From the NCBI RefSeq assembly GCF_038025025.1, contig NW_027117349.1, positions 558,001 through 622,000 of the forward strand: a DNA stretch of 64,000 nucleotides, given 5' to 3'. The position numbers and the translations under genes were made by a program. Source of the DNA: Phyllosticta citribraziliensis. Taxonomy: Eukaryota. This document shows, piece by piece, positions 47,201 to 58,600 of the stretch. The notes below the pieces were generated by a model, which saw only the letters and a list, made by a program, of their open reading frames with translations, was not told the DNA's origin and did no database searches. Position 1 is the stretch's first letter, and the number at the start of each line of letters is the position of its first letter.

Positions 47201-47316
47201 AGTGTTTCAGAGAGTGTCGCATCCACGACTGCCGAAGAGAAAGTGGTGTTCGATGCCTTGGAGACAGCCGGGGCCTGGGTCGCGTGGCAAAGCCCAAGAG
47301 ATGGAACAAAGGCCAA
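44224..47316 (-). CDS. Orphan protein: N-terminal hydrophobic/TM region, acidic disordered middle, C-terminal tandem repeats
   Basis: 1030-codon ORF without stops; true start may be a downstream Met (about 47150-47030). Confidence 0.75.
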   Translation of the reverse strand: MAFVPSLGLCHATQAPAVSKASNTTFSSAVVDATLSETLSTRAGLDRLTGGPSQVNMFLASFVASASQLCRRSANFVLMLQEFAKHSLEEPEETMSHLYFVLQQTHPSRRPDFAKYPTLFSKAVFICDPHVWPNLAKKTVHTLLTPSEIWRFMCFGPLVAPIPYLLFLCALFGIFNDPKAKSVKPRTWIITACVWISLIVTLALAEHTKGGKHAVEALSAVLAPLVGYLPSLQPLDQLVERASQAVGLPFRFLPSSLFLAKLAHHIYLICSDVFHGWLDWQIQAARNEQRTRPTQQPTREAAYRADSEGESEEGLPQEDNIRRQNYLDKMRRHFAVIEEQLAVKAMHEDNIQRILDEWREGDRQQQIDAADTQSEITSLASDLEGMEEDGDNNIDAEGDGEQEYNSPERQQPPVDQIQSPTSPANDQIVAHQPLQELGIESPIQTEDGERTHSSFERQRGSVDFSISPTSPVEGPNLADELAGYDSDYEEEVEDEDDGQGGDVDDQSSPQITHQTAEPSHGGDGFEAEEEQNSPHSTHSDKSSRSADGPEGEAEQSSPLPIDQTADYSHSEYSEYSNEGEEEQSSPQTSDAAEPSLRRDDREHENQSSPPSAPSIDLADLDDAQYFIDESDCRAAEEEVPRFLAPVPWKPEGQRKGKEPAQTGRGRELTRMAGEQFGDEHVTVAELQCFRQEGQKEEDENRLPSDHLKKLAEAQDFTSKADKQHNLRTLENFVQEGEAAEQARQQARSDGNEELRSFQQGQAFVDGEDEQLNARALRKFVKDGKKKQQQETSQPDLKALSNAQFLVEGDEVDQTAQEVDNFIEEGKAEQQAQQASQPNFRVMSNAQSFVKEAEIAQTAQEVNDFVKAGKTEQQQNEKTKADRKEELKAFQKRQAFINKKDEQHNQRSLDKFMREGEAEEQARQASQPDLKNLKEAQYFGDEHESGDDDEEHDKPAKDSGNASSSTHDGGDDDGDGLQTILEEHEDDEDGADANAEADADNSDTEPEYTLSNTRDYYDERLDREQPEQRVE

Positions 47317-48507
47317 ATGTGGCGGTTTATTGTAAAGGTCAAGGTTTGGCGGCCGTTTTTGGACAAAGAGGAGTCGCGGTGAGAGGGCGTAAGGTACTGG
47401 TCCAGAGTGAAACTGTCTAGCGTTCGGATGGAATCAAAGGGCTGCCAGGGTAGTCGTAGTCGGATTGTCTGGATGTCTGGATGTGTTCGTTGTTCAAAAG
47501 ACGCTGTGTGTTAATTCGACGAGGATGTTCACATTGGTCAAAGTGAATCGAAAAAGGCATTCCCACCAGAAGTGAATTTTGCTAAGGCGGAAGCACCGAA
47601 AAAGAGTGTGGGCACGGCGACGACAAGATTCACAGATTTTGAAGACTAGCATCATCTCCCCACGTTGAAGAAGTACGACGACAAGGGAACAAGGACAGAT
47701 TTTTTCGGTCAACACGAACAGGACGAGACATTGGCAGAAAGAACTGACTCATCTGGCGCTGAGCGATTGCGACAGGAAGTAATTGTTCCATATCGGAGGA
47801 CTCATCGGCTGGAGGCGGGGAGGTAAGAAGGAAGCTAGCTGGAGGTGTAGACGGGAGGCCAAGGAAGTGAGGTCGACCGGAACATTTGGCGCCGACGGGC
47901 CGTCGACAGGCATCCGTCCAGTCCGATGGCTGGCTGCGCTGAGGTGTGTGTGGGGTGCCGGGGTGGCTCGATTGCTTCAGCAAATGCGTGCGCATCAGGT
48001 GGCAGGGGCAAAAGAAAGGAAGCCACAAAAGCAAACGGAGCAGCAAATAGCAAAACGAAGAAGATGAAGCGAGGGCGACAAAGAGGGAAATTGGAAATTG
48101 GAAAAGGAAAAAGGAAAAAGGAAAAAGGAAAAAGGCATTGGCTAAGAGAGGCCAAGGGCGGCGGGGCTGTGCGCGCGGCGAGCCGTGCGGTGCGGTGCAG
48201 TGCAGCAGTGGCAGTGGCAGTCGCTGTAACGACCTACGCTGCCGGCCATGTTCTTTTTTCTTTTTTCTTTTTCCCTTTTTCCTTTTTTTCTCTCTCTCCC
48301 TCTCACGCCCTCTGCTCTGGCTCCGTCGCGCCCTCAGTCCGCCGTCCAGCCCACCGGCCCTGGCCATGCTCAGGTCTGCTTGCTTGCCACAGGTTTGAAG
48401 CCCCGTCAGACGTAAATTAGCACGCCTGCGTGCGCGTCCACTCCACCGACGCATACTCCAGCTTGATAACCCGCCATCGCTGCTCTCCTCCGCTTCGACC
48501 TCGCCTC

Positions 48508-50043
48508 ATGGCACCACTGACCTCCTCTGCTGCTCCATCCGCCACCTTTGCGACCCCACGCCCCCAAGACGCCGCCGCCCAGACCTCGTCGTCGCTCTCT
48601 CAGCCCGCCTACTACAACCACCAGCCCTTTGCCCACCATCTCAACCCATCCATGCACCACCATCACCACCAACATACACAACATCTCCACCAACCACAGA
48701 CCCCCTACGCACTCCCTCCCCACCAAACACAATCTCAACCCCAAATCTACCATCAACCACACCAACAACCGCAACAACCCCAGCAACAACAACAGCACCA
48801 GCGCCATCGTTCCGGGATGCCCGCCGCAAGAAATACAGCCACCACCCAGCCTCAATCAAATCCTCAATCAACTGCTCAATCTCAATCTCGAACCAAGCCT
48901 CAGTCATCGTCCGCGCCCAACGCCGGCCCAGGTGACCCGCCCAAGCGCAAACGCGGCCGTCCGCGCCTCAACATCAGCGACGAGGAGCGCGCGCGCCGTG
49001 CCCGCGAGCAGCAAGCCGCTTGGCGCCGCGAGAACCGACGGCGCCGGGCCGAACGCGAAGCCGCCGTCAAGGCGCGGCACGAAAGTCTTCAACCGCAGTC
49101 AGATGCCGTCAACGGAAGCAATGTAGATGTGCAGCAGCAGCAGCAGCAGCAGCATCATCATGTCCAAAACCAAGGCCAGGCCCAGTATCACCAAGCGCAG
49201 CATCACCAAGTCGGCGGCGCCGCGGGCGATGAGGACGCCGAAGAGGAAGAGCACGGGACGCATCAACCGCCGCCGCCGCCGCAGCAGCAGCAGCAGTCGC
49301 AGGCGCAACGGAGAGGCAAAGGTCGTGCAACGTCATCCATGAATCGCAGTCCGTTTTATGGCAACGGCGGCGCTGCGGGAGCGGGGACGGCGGCGACGGC
49401 GAGCTGGGGCAACCAAGAGGGAGCATCAGCAGCAGGAGGTGGAGTGGGAGGGCAAGGCGCCATGCTGGGCGTGCCCCGGAGCATGGGAGGGTACCAGCAA
49501 AGCCAAACCATGGGCGGAGGAGCAGCGGGAGCCAACGCCAGCAACACGGGGAGCTACCTGGGCTTCAGCGCCTCGTCGATATCGCAGCCGCAGCAGCAAG
49601 CCTCGACACACGACCACCACCATCACCACCACCAAAACCACCAACAACACCAACAGCACTCCTCGCTCGTCGGCCCCGGCAGCCTCGGCAACGGCTCCAC
49701 CGGCCCAGGAGGCTCCTCCGCGCTCCCCATCTGGCGCGACATCGACGTCAAGCTGCCCGTCGCCGGCGACCTCAAGGTGCGCACCGAAGCCGCCGACTTT
49801 GTGTGGAGCGGCAAGGTGCCGGGCCGGCTGCGCGTCGTCTTCGAGCCCGCGCCCAACAACCCCAACCCCGGCAGCTCCAACTCCATGGCCAAAACCACCG
49901 CCGACGGTGCCGATGCAGCGGACAGGGACGCCGAGGGCGATAACGATGCCGAGGGCGTCGTTGTGGATGACGAAGATCCGGATGGCGTTGTTGACGCTGC
50001 GAATGGCGTTGTCGTGCAGTGGAGTAGTGTTAACGGTGTATGA
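48508..50043 (+). CDS. Gln/His-rich putative DNA-binding protein with AT-hook-like motif and basic helix
   Basis: First ATG 48508; PKRKRGRPRL followed by EERARRAREQQAAWRRENRRRRAEREAA; poly-Q/H tracts; small beta-rich C-terminal segment. Confidence 0.75.
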   Translation: MAPLTSSAAPSATFATPRPQDAAAQTSSSLSQPAYYNHQPFAHHLNPSMHHHHHQHTQHLHQPQTPYALPPHQTQSQPQIYHQPHQQPQQPQQQQQHQRHRSGMPAARNTATTQPQSNPQSTAQSQSRTKPQSSSAPNAGPGDPPKRKRGRPRLNISDEERARRAREQQAAWRRENRRRRAEREAAVKARHESLQPQSDAVNGSNVDVQQQQQQQHHHVQNQGQAQYHQAQHHQVGGAAGDEDAEEEEHGTHQPPPPPQQQQQSQAQRRGKGRATSSMNRSPFYGNGGAAGAGTAATASWGNQEGASAAGGGVGGQGAMLGVPRSMGGYQQSQTMGGGAAGANASNTGSYLGFSASSISQPQQQASTHDHHHHHHQNHQQHQQHSSLVGPGSLGNGSTGPGGSSALPIWRDIDVKLPVAGDLKVRTEAADFVWSGKVPGRLRVVFEPAPNNPNPGSSNSMAKTTADGADAADRDAEGDNDAEGVVVDDEDPDGVVDAANGVVVQWSSVNGV

Positions 50044-50372
50044 GCGGGCGAGCGAGCAAGCAGCGGTTGTTGTTTTTTACTTGACTGCCACTTTTCTTTG
50101 CGTATGGAGTAGATGGTCCGGACCGGATCGGATCAAGTCGGATGGTATGGCGTTTACGGTCGGCTTGACGGACGGACAGACGAATGGCTACTGAGCGAGC
50201 GAGCGGGGCGTTATTCACACAGTTTTCGGAAAGCATGGGTGAGCGGACGGGTGAAGGAAAAACGGAAAAAAAGGCAAAAGGACTTGGGGAAAGGACTGTG
50301 TACCTGGACCGGACATGCATATGTGGCGAATCTGCTTAGGGGGGACTCTGGAAGGACTGGATTGGAGTGGGA

Positions 50373-50446
50373 CTGGCTACTGGCTACTGGCTACTGGCAG
50401 GCAGGCAGGCAGGCAGGCATTGATGGATGGATGGATGGATGGATGG
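50373..50446. repeat. Compound microsatellite (CTGGCTA)3-(GGCA)n-(GATG)n
   Basis: Read directly from sequence between two convergent genes. Confidence 0.85.
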
Positions 50447-50716
50447 GGGTAGGCTTGTTACAACGGTCACGGATACCAAATATGGGGCTCGGTTACATGG
50501 TATGCGGAGTTAGAGGCATCACTTGGTTGGTGTGGTCATGGGCGTAATATATCCTCTCTTTTTCTCTCCCCCCCTTTTCCTCCCTTGACTAACAGAACAG
50601 CGGTGGCTCTGGCGACGACGGACACGAGGCGTTGGCTTGGCTGGTTTGAGTGAATTGCTGCGGACTTTGTCAATCCAAATAGAACTGACGTGCCTCCAGT
50701 TCAAACCCCCTTGCCC

Positions 50717-51752
50717 TCACGAGGTTCCAGTTTTGCCGCTGCCGCCCTTTCCAGCAGGAGGCGGCACATCGCCCGCCTCAACCTCGGACACAAACCTAAT
50801 GCTCACCGAGTTATCCGTCCGCGACGTCTGCAACTTGTATGCCTCCTGCTTCACGATGCCGGTCCCGGGGCCGTACGTCTTGCCATCACTGCCCGTGACG
50901 ACGCAGTCGGCGAAAGTCAGCGTGCCAAAGTCCGGCGGCGGCATGGCGAGCCCCGTCTTCGAATCGATCAGCGACTCGACGATCCACTCGGCCGAGTTCT
51001 GCAGCGACTTGGTGCCGGCCGGCGCCGTCAGCGGCCGCACCAGGCGCTGCTTCGTGTCGGCGTTTTCGAACGTCAGCGTGCCCGTGGTTTCGCTCGTCAC
51101 GTCGATGCGCAGGTGCAGCGTGTGGCCGAAGCGGATTTGGAATTCTTGCTGCGTGAGCTGGTGCGGGTCGATGGGGTACCACTGTGCAGAGGCGAGGTTA
51201 GTACGTGTACGTCGTCGTTTGCGTGTGGAGTAGGATGGGATGGGATGAGATGGGAGTGGAATTGGGGGTTGGGTTGAGGGTTTAGCTACCTCCTCGACGG
51301 CGTTCACGATGAACGTCTTGCCGTCCGGGACGGTCAGTTTGGCGCCGTCTTTGTTCAAGGCCAGCACGATGCCGCCCTGCAGCACGTCCTCTGACGACCC
51401 GTACAGCCCGTCGATGCCTATCCAGGCCGCGATCCTTTCACGCCCTCGTCAGCCGCACAAACACATCTACAGAACGGAAAACATGATGAACTCACCCATT
51501 TGCGTCGCCATACTGTGGCTGGTCACCCAGCTTAAAACTGGGCACTTTGATGGTGGTGGAGATGGACGTGAACTTGACTCCGGCGGGTGCTTTGAGCGCG
51601 ACGCCGAACCAAACGGGGACGTCGCCTTTGGACGAGGTGGATCCTTTGTCAGACTTGAGGTCGACGCCTCGTGGTTGGACTTTGCGAGTCCCAGGAGCGG
51701 CGAGGACTGTGGTCGCCGAGAGGAGGGCAACGAGGGCAGCAGTGAAGTACAT
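50717..51752 (-). CDS. Secreted glutamic peptidase, family G1 (Peptidase_A4, eqolisin-like)
   Basis: Signal peptide MYFTAALVALLSATTVLA; introns 51435-51495 and 51182-51289; motifs AAWIGIDG, VLQGG, EE|WYP, SAEWIVE, PDFGTLTFADC. Confidence 0.85.
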
Positions 51753-53739
51753 GGTGGTGGTGGTGGTGAGAACGTGGAATCTCGCAAGGAGAGCGACACG
51801 CCTCCATCAACGTTTCCTTTGGTCTCCAGCTGTCTTTTATACATCATCCACCCGACTCGGAAGGAGGCTCTACTCGCAAGGAGGCTCTCACGGCGAACCA
51901 AATCAAGCGCTTTGTCTCGCAGCACAGGGTATGGATTCTTCGGGCGGGAAGAGGGTGATCCCAGACACGCAATAACAGCACCACGTTAATGGCGAAAGCT
52001 GAGCCTCTTCCCAGCAAACCATTCGTCGCGAAGCTCGTCGACATTCCCCAAAGAGGTCTCGAAGGTTGTTAATCAAATGCAGCTTCAAACCTCCCAGGCG
52101 CGTCCTCGGGCTGTCATTGCCTTTCTAGCTGGAGGTATGACCGATATGCTCGCAATAGCCAACGGCGGCGGCGGCGAAATTGAGCTGGTTGTCTTTTGCG
52201 TTTCCATGGGGAAGACATGCGAAATGAAGTAGGCTCTGGGAGAAGGAAGTCAGCGGTTTGGACTAATCGGATCAGAGGTGATGATGCGGAGAGACGCTTA
52301 CTTTGCCAAATGGCGTCAAGTGTTGGCTTTGATTGGAGATGCCATCCAAGACTGCTGCCAGGGACCATCGCTCGGGCTGCCGGACCGCCGTTCGGCTGCC
52401 GACCGAATTGATTCGGGAGGGGGTACCTAAATTCTTAGCCGAAAGACTCGGATAAAGGAAGGAGCTGGGAGAGCAGCAACTGAAACTGCTGGAGAGAAAA
52501 TCCACCTCGAGCATACGCAGCAGCCCGTGGCCGGATGTATCCATTGAAGATTGACACTGCCAATCGCGGGCGTTGGTCGCTCAGGAACTTCTCCCGAGAT
52601 CCCGAATATGGCGACGAGGAAGGCAAGAGAGGTGCGAGTATAGGCTTCGCAAAGAGATTGGTCGACACGTCCACAACCACCAGTGCGTCTGTTGTTGGTA
52701 AAGTGCTGAGTACGTATCGCGCAACCGCTTCTACTTTCGGTTGCTGTTGCTAATTTCAGCCCGCAAAGGTTGATTTGATTTGTTCGGCAGTCCTGCTCGC
52801 CAAATTTCAAGCGGCTCTATACCTATTGGGTTCCAAACGACCACAGTGGAAGCAGGAAAGCAACCAAGTTCGAGAGTCCAGGGAGCAGAGAACAATAAAC
52901 ACTGTAAGAACCAGAGATGCCACGCAAAGGCCGTTATTGACATGTAGTCTGTCTGTCTGTCTAGCACGCCAAAACAGAACCGAATCAAATCGTCGCCTTC
53001 AACTTCTACTGCACCATCCCATCTTCCTCTTCCGTGGACACCACTGCCCACCTCTACTCCAGAACCAGTACCCGCCACGTACGCCCTTATCGACAGCATC
53101 AATCCAGACCTCACGCCCTTCGTCTACCTGCCTGCCTGACTGACAGCAAAAGGAAATGAGCAACCAATCACCATGTGACGCAATAGCAACATGCACGCAC
53201 GCTCGATCATTGACGAACAAGGAGACACAGGAAAGCAGAGCAAAAAAATAAAGAGAAGAAGCAAATCCTAGTTTGGACCTAGAAGGTTCCAAGATTCCGA
53301 AACGGTTTGTGCCGCGCATGCAGAGCTCGCTTGCTTGCTCGATTGATTGCTTGCTTGCTTCTTCGTAAGCGAGACGAAAGGAATGTATGTCTGTCGATTA
53401 AATATTGTACAAAGAAAACATTGAATTCCCCATCAGAGGATGCGGGCAGCCGATGTTTGATTGGCGGAATGGCGTCGTCAGAAAGGTGAGGCGGCGTGGG
53501 GTGTGCTGCCGGAGGCAAAGGGCTGACGTCGCGATGTCGCAGGAGCATCGGGAGCGCAAGGAATGGGTGGCTGCAAGTGGACGAGAGCGCATTGTTTGGG
53601 GGCCATCATCTCATGCAAGGGGCAGCACCCCAGCGCCGCCTCTGAGCGCGTAGTGAAGCGCAACGCAACCAGTGCAACCAACGCTGCGGGCAGCACGCGT
53701 AGCACACGGCAGCCACCGACTCGGCTAGGGCGCACCGCG

Positions 53740-55610
53740 TTACCACGAGAAGGCCTCCTCGAAGAAATCCACATTCCACCTCGTCTGCCGCGTGCGCACG
53801 GCGAATCTGACGTCGTCGGCCAGGCTGCCCGTTCCGCACACGGAAACGGCCGCCGCGCCCACGCCTTCGACCATCTCCTGGTCCACCAGCGCCTGCACGT
53901 TGGGCTTGCCGGGGAACATTTGCACGCTGCTCGACGGCGAGTGGATCTCCTTTGTGCTGCGCGGCCGCGTCACGAAGAGCAGGATCTTGAGGACCTCGCG
54001 TCGCTGCGGCATGCTCAGGATTTCCGTCATCCAGGGGCGGATCCACTCGAGGTGCTCGGGCGACTGGATGATCCAGACAAGGGTCAGGCGCCGCACTGCA
54101 GCAGTCTTCTTCGAATAGGCGTCGACCAGGTGTCGCACGTGAGGCACCTGGTGGGTGATGCCAATGCCCGCCGCGAAGAGCATGACGGTGCCATACGAGT
54201 CGAGGTCCTGGAAGCCATAGGGGCCCTCGGCGATGGCAGACGTGACAAACTTGCCGCTAGGGCTGGCCTCGGCCTTTTGCCAAAGGGTGTTTGTGAAACC
54301 GGTGCGACGGCGGACAAGGAGGGACACAGTCTTTTGACGACGATCGATGGACTCGATATCGACGGCTGAGCCCTTTTCTTCGACAAAGGAGCTGTCATTT
54401 TCACTCCAGGACAGAGAAAACGGGTGCGACGTCCACCAGCCGAGCTTGGGCATGTAGAGGTAAATGTGCTGGCCGGTACGGAACTTCCAGGGACGCGCAA
54501 CCTTGAGGTTGATGCGCAGACACTCGCCGGGGAGGACCTCGACCTCGGCCTGGGTGCCGCCGTTGCCAAAGTTGCGGAGAACGATCCACCAGAGGCGGAC
54601 GGCGCGGTCAATGACCCAGATGGCAATGGTGCCCTGTAGGAGGGCTAGTTGGTTGGGGAGCTCGCCGACCTTGAGGTGGATGTAGACGCCCGCGACGGCC
54701 AGAGCAGCAAGGAAGATGTGGAAGTGGAGGAAGAATTCGTAAAAGGCATGACGGAGGGGTCCAGCTGCTTGCAGGAAGATGACGAGGAAAGCAAGGGTGC
54801 CGATGGTGCCCCACAGCATAAACTGGCTCGTGGACAGAGAGGATCCAAAGTGCGACCATCCAGCTACTGCTGTCAGCAAATACGGCGTCAAGAGATAAGG
54901 AGATGCTCACATGACTTGACCGAGGGTACCAGGTATGCCAGGGTGTGGGTGAGGGCCTCGATGACGACGACACGGCCGATCCAGCGGTGCAACAGGTTGT
55001 ACGTGTCGTATGGGATACCAGTGAGCTTGAGGAGGATGTTGTTGCGGCCGGCCAGCAGGAACAGAGCAAGCATATTCATGACGGCCAGGTTTCCAGAGCG
55101 GTTGCGGAGCATCTTGGCGACAGCCATGGAGCTGCTCCAGTCGATGAAGATGACGCAAAAAGCAATGTTCATGCCAACGTAGGCGGTGATGTAAATGGTC
55201 TGCAGGCGGTTGGGTAGGGAGCCGACATTGATGGCCGAGGAGAGCTTGTACTCGCGGTGGTGACGGGTGCGGAACAGGGGCGAGTCGAAGAGATATCTCT
55301 TGAATTTTCCATAGTACTCGTTGGGGGCGTAAAAGTAGCGCTGGGCGGGATTGTTCAAGCAGGCGATTCCACGGACGTAGCGAGTAAAGGTGATGCAGAC
55401 AAGCCAAATGGTCAAGGCGACGGCGCAGGCAACCCAGGTGTATCCGAGGTAGCCCATGACCCTAAAGTCGTCCTTGAGGGCCTTTTCGAGGGCGGCCATT
55501 TGCTCGGGGGTCATGTTGCCCCATCGGCGGGCAAGTTGGTGTTCTTGTTCGGCGGCAGTGGCAGTGGCCAGGCCGGCGAGGCCCAGCAGCACGAGGTTTT
55601 GAGCAGACAT
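53740..55610 (-). CDS. Ferric/cupric reductase (FRE/NOX-like metalloreductase)
   Basis: Intron 54864-54910 (GTGAGC..CTGAC..TAG) joins 240 aa and 383 aa ORFs; haem His pairs (LHRWIGR..LTH; HFHIFL..YIH), FAD motif HPFS, EGPYG, NADPH motif AAGIGIT, VCG, terminal FEEAFSW. Confidence 0.93.
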
Positions 55611-58600
55611 GTCGGCGTGTTTTTGTTTTGGTTGGAAAAGAGTCTATGGCCAGCAGTAGACTTGGGAGCGAATGAGGACCTGGCTCGCTTGCGAGCAGGG
55701 GAATGGGGATGGAAAGCTCAAGAAGGTTGGCAAGCCAGCTTGAGAGGACGGGAGAATCAAGAGGAAGAGAGCGAGAGGATGGTCAGAAGGTAAAAGGTTG
55801 GCGCTGAGTGAGGCGCGAAGGAAGCGGCAAAGGGGAGGCGATGGGATAAACGAAGGTGGGTGTGTAATGTCTTGAAAGGCGCACGTCTTGCGGCGACAGA
55901 GGACGAAGAAGAGAGGATCATCCAGGGCGTCGAGGACCAGACGGACACAGGCCATGGAGTCCTATTTAGACGTCGGCGAGAGGCGGCGCTGTGATTGGCC
56001 GTGGGGGCGTGGAAGCGAGCGACGGGGCATGCAAGGCGACCGCAGCCAAACAAGACCAGAGTGACGCGTCGGGTGCTGGAGCTGGAGCTGGAGCTGGAGG
56101 CTGACGACGGTATCTCTTCCATCCATCCACACAGCGTCCATCTTCTGCCGCCGTCAGCGCATCCCGCGTGCATTCTCTTGTCTTCCGGGTGTCGATTCCT
56201 ACGGTACAGCCAGCTCAGCTTGCGTTGATGGATGCAGCCGGGCGGGCGAGACGGCCCCTTTGCCGACGACAAACCAACACCAACGTGCGGTCGATGTGCA
56301 GGTGATGGCCAGCCAGGTCCGTTGTTAATTCAAGCATGCCCACTGCACTGCCCTTCCCTGCTTGCTTGCTTACTCCCTCGTTGTCGCATCCTTGCCGCCC
56401 AACCTGTCGCGACGGAAGACCCGTCTCAGCAACCCTGCCCTGCCCTGCCCGCGCCATTGGGCCGCCCATCTTTCTTTTCCTCCACTCCACTGCACTCCAC
56501 TCTCCGCGCTCTCCTAATTTGCTCTCCAAAATCCTCATCTCAGGCCCGCAAACGGTCGATCCCCAGGGGTTCGTATTTCGGTCCACCTCACCAAAACAAC
56601 ACTCGTCCAGCTCTGTTTCACCTCGTCCATGACTGACGTCGGTTTTTCCACCACTAGTCGCGTCAAAACACCACGACACGCCCCTTGTGCTCTAGCCCCA
56701 AGCCATTTGCCCGACTTTTTTTTTTTTTTTTTTTTTCTTTCTTTTTTTCGCATCAACGCCACTCTCCGTCGTCATGCGCAGCATCCCTCGCCTCTCGTCA
56801 ACCAATTCTGTTTCAACCTCCCCATGTGACGCCGACGGCCCTTGGGAAACACCTCCATGCACGCCAGTCTCTAGCCTCCCGTCGGCTCGGGATCCCAGGG
56901 CGAAACCTACTCCACCATCCACCTCCGGACCCTTCTTTGGGCTTCGTCGTAGTCCCGTTTGACTGCACACTGCCGTCATGCTGCACACGCCCGTTGTCCA
57001 CGGGAATTCCCGTCGCTTCTCTCCTCGTCCTCGTCCTCGTCCTCCTACACCTCTGCTCCATTCCGCCAATGGCCGCTCGACGACAGGCCCTTGAAACCAC
57101 TGCCCACATCAATCACCAAACGTCTCGCTTCATCAGTCGAACCCATCTTATCTGATGTCAGCTACTGCTTCAAGATTTAGCCGACCACTCAACAACCTCG
57201 AGCCGCACAACACCATTCTCCGAGACACGAGAGCGACGGATCAAGTCGACAATTCCCCGCCTCGATTCCTACCCCAGTGTCTGAAAGCATGGCCGGTGCT
57301 CACCGCTGGGCTGCAATCACGCATTCCCCGCCACCAACTTGTCATTTTTAGCTCCCCCAAGAGCAGGCCTACATGGGCAATTTGGGATCCGGCTCGCCCA
57401 AACAACTGCGGCAGTTCTAGGGAGTGGCTGGCTAGTGGCAGCGTTGGACCGACGCCAATCCCGGATTTGGTGCGGCCACCATCATGCGACACCACGGCAA
57501 CCGCTGCTCGGCCAAACATTAGCTGCAAACACCACCTAGCAGCTAGCAATCTGCGCAAGCCGTTGGCCCAACGGCTGCAATCGCGCAATTCGTACGTCGT
57601 GGTGGTCGCATGGCATGGAGCCAAACCAAACTCCAGATTGACTCGAGATAAGCTCGCCGCGAGCACCTGCAGCCGCCAGCCGGGCTTGCGGACCTGCGTC
57701 GTCGAGACTAGGGATCCTGTGCTCTCGACCCTTTGGGCCTGGCGTCGGCTGTGCTACCGGCCAAGCAAGCCAAGCCCTTGGTCCCTGAAGGGACCCCATG
57801 TTGAAACCAACTGCCTGGCTCGTTTGCTCCTCACCACCGCCATATGTCGTGGGCACCGGCACAACTTCCCATGTCGGCCGTGGCTCGACGACGGCCTTGG
57901 GTTGCTTCTAGACCTGATCGAGATGGCTTCTTCTTCCTCACTCTTCCACCGTCGGGCGCCGCCTCGTACGACACACCCAACACTAACCGACCTCTAGTCG
58001 TGGACCATCTCAACCGAAAAACATTGCTGCCAATCTACTCGGATGCGCGGCTACATTGCGGGAGACATGTTACCGGTCTCCTTTGATTGTCATTCCTGCG
58101 CACGCACATCACTCATATAAACTGCATGCCCCTTATCTGTTTTTAAATTTGCTCTTCTGCATGCAATGCCAAAAGGCACCACCACCGCACCGCCACCGCC
58201 TGCAGCGTGCCTGTCGCTTCATCTAAGCGGCATCAAAGCTGCGTCCCGTTGTGCGACAAGCCACAGCTCTCGCCCTCAAAGGACTAGATTCAAAGAGACT
58301 CGCACAGACACAACCTCCACCAGGCGGGTGTCAGTCTTGTTCATTTTCCTGGTTGGAGTCGCCTGTCGTCGTTGCGCCATTTTCCCCACATGTGCGCTGC
58401 TCACATGTTTGTGGTCTGCACACTGTCTGTACTCTCGACGTGTGGCTGCAGTCCTGTTTTCCCCAGACAGGCAGGTTGTGCTCCCCTCCTCCGCCTCTGT
58501 GCCCGCATCCATCTCCATTGCGTCACACTGTCTCGACCATTCCCCGGTCAGTGGACGCAATAACTGGGCAATCTGGAAAGGGCGGCCGAGACTTCCTCAG

